From: an uncultured Gemmatimonadaceae bacterium
GTDB lineage: Bacteria; Gemmatimonadota; Gemmatimonadetes; Gemmatimonadales; Gemmatimonadaceae
Length of the DNA stretch: 64,000 nt
Reading direction: 5' to 3'
Assembly: GCA_963781585.1 (NCBI GenBank)
Contig: CAWAGQ010000004.1
Location: forward strand, 576,001-640,000
Position 1 is the stretch's first letter. Every line of letters begins with the position of its first letter. This document shows positions 62,486 to 64,000 of the stretch, piece by piece. Both the position numbers and the translations under genes were made by a program. The notes under the pieces were generated by a model. It worked only from the letters and a program-made list of their open reading frames with translations. It did not search any database and was not told the origin of the DNA.

Positions 62486-62548
62486 GGCGGTGCAGCGTTT
62501 TTCGGATGGATGCTAACCGCTCAATATCGCCGCACTTAGGGGCTCAAA

Positions 62549-63298
62549 TCAAGCGCGCACCAGAGACGTCCAGCCCTCGGCGTCGAGGCTGGCGCCTCCC
62601 ACCAGGAGCCCATCCACGTTCTGCGCGGCGAGCAGAGTCGCGGCGTTGCCGCGGTTCACGCTTCCGCCGTACAGTATGGGAACGCCGCCGCCTCTCTCCC
62701 GCAGCAGCGACCGCAGCTCCTCGCGCACGATGGCGTGCATTTGCGCCGCATCGGTGGGGGTGGCCGTCTTTCCCGTCCCGATTGCCCAGACCGGCTCGTA
62801 CGCGACCAGCATGCTGGCCAGGTCATGCGGCTGTGCGACCGACAGGCCGGCGCGGAGTTGGCGCAGCACCACCGACTCGGCGTCGCCGCGCTCGCGCTGT
62901 TCGAGGGTCTCGCCGACGCACAGAACGGGGACGAGGCGTGACCGGACCGCCGCCGCGACCTTGCGGGCGGTGTCCTCGTCCGACTCGCCGAAGACGTGAC
63001 GGCGTTCCGAGTGGCCGACCAGCACCAGATGAGCACCGGCGTCGCGTGCCATCGGCGCCGAGATCTCGCCGGTGAACGCGCCCTTGTCTTCCCAGTGGAT
63101 GTTCTGGACTCCGGCGAGCACGTCGGGCCGCTCCTTCAACATCTCGACCACAGTCGTTAGGCTGACGGCAGGGGGAAAGAAGATGACCTGCCGGTCGCTG
63201 CGCCGGGGGTAGTGGGTGAGAAACGATCGCAGGAACGCGCGGGCATCGGTCGGGCCGTGGTGCATCTTCCAGTTGGCGGCAAACACGGGGCGCTGCAT
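62549..63298 (-). CDS. tpiA: Triosephosphate isomerase
   Basis: ANWKM, GHSERR, AYEPVWAIGTG, YGGSV, VGGASL. Confidence 0.97.
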   Translation of the reverse strand: MQRPVFAANWKMHHGPTDARAFLRSFLTHYPRRSDRQVIFFPPAVSLTTVVEMLKERPDVLAGVQNIHWEDKGAFTGEISAPMARDAGAHLVLVGHSERRHVFGESDEDTARKVAAAVRSRLVPVLCVGETLEQRERGDAESVVLRQLRAGLSVAQPHDLASMLVAYEPVWAIGTGKTATPTDAAQMHAIVREELRSLLRERGGGVPILYGGSVNRGNAATLLAAQNVDGLLVGGASLDAEGWTSLVRA

Positions 63299-63302
63299 CA
63301 CG

Positions 63303-64000
63303 TCACCGATCGTCCAGGGCGGCCACGCCCGGCAGCGTCTTGCCCTCGAGAAACTCGAGCGACGCCCCACCTCCGGTGGAGACGTGGCTCATCGCTCCCT
63401 CGAGCCCGGCCGCCGCAACCGCGGCCGCCGAATCGCCGCCACCCACGATCGTCACCGCGCCCTCGCGCGTCGCGGCCGCCATCGCACGCGCGATCGCGAT
63501 CGTCCCTCGATCGAACGGCGGTGTCTCGAACACCCCCATCGGCCCGTTCCAGAGGACTGTCTTCGCGGTACCGATCGCGCGCGAGAACGAGGCCACGGAG
63601 TCGGGGCCGATATCGAACATCGCTTCGTTTGCCGGAATCGCATCCCGCTTCACCGCGTGCCCGGCACCCGGCCGATCCAGGGACGGCGCCACGATGGCGT
63701 CATGGGGCAACGTGAGGCGCATGCGCGCCCGGTCGAGCAGTTCCTTCGCCATCGATATCCGATCGGCCTCCACGAGCGACGTCCCGGTTTGAAGCCCCAT
63801 AGCCCGGAAGAACGTACACGCCATCGCCCCTCCCACCAGCAACCCGTCAACCTTGGGGAGGAGCGACTCGATCACGTCGATCTTTCCCGAGACCTTCGCG
63901 CCGCCCAGCAGCGCGATGAATGGACGGCGGGGTTCGCTCACCGCGCGCCCGAGATAGTCGAGCTCCTTCTCCATGAGAAAGCCGGCCACCGCCGGATGCA
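63303..64000 (-). CDS. pgk: Phosphoglycerate kinase (5' part outside the window)
   Basis: LGGAKVSGK, WNGPMGVFE, GGGDS, STGGGASLE. Confidence 0.96.
   Translation of the reverse strand, partial: HPAVAGFLMEKELDYLGRAVSEPRRPFIALLGGAKVSGKIDVIESLLPKVDGLLVGGAMACTFFRAMGLQTGTSLVEADRISMAKELLDRARMRLTLPHDAIVAPSLDRPGAGHAVKRDAIPANEAMFDIGPDSVASFSRAIGTAKTVLWNGPMGVFETPPFDRGTIAIARAMAAATREGAVTIVGGGDSAAAVAAAGLEGAMSHVSTGGGASLEFLEGKTLPGVAALDDR

Noticed and set aside
62060..62548. tRNA next to secG, as in many bacteria
   Set aside because: carA starts 10 nt after secG, and no cloverleaf or T-loop motif is visible nearby.

Overview
GC-rich bacterial chromosome segment. Gene order and protein style suggest Gemmatimonadota, but this is inference only. 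It is almost entirely housekeeping genes on the minus strand: pgk-tpiA-secG-carA; an HU/IHF gene; moaD-moaE-moaA; mdh-sdhCAB; a complete nuoA-N complex I operon; PMM/PGM and a UPF0182 gene; carbamate kinase-sucC-sucD-ndk; yceD-rpmF-plsX-fabH-fabD-fabG-acpP-fabF; futalosine menaquinone genes mqnE, mqnA and mqnC; ispF-dedA-xerD-pabA-MFS; and kdsB-pyrG-kdsA-kdsC-kdsD-lptC-lptA-lptB-rpoN-GT2. Two accessory blocks stand out. (1) At ~15.9-18.2 kb, two plus-strand secreted proteins end in a TonB-plug-like domain with no barrel. They split the mqn genes and are bracketed by a CCTCGGA motif cluster and a ~25-copy heptamer tandem array. (2) At ~30.1-33.5 kb, an AT-richer islet carries a decayed transposase, a small lipoprotein and an S1 serine protease whose lipoprotein signal is out of frame across a C11 tract. 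Candidate regulatory sites include a Rex-like operator before nuoA and a sigma54 motif heading the operon that contains rpoN. No rRNA, tRNA or CRISPR array was seen. Start codons were re-chosen by eye where the ORF track overextends.
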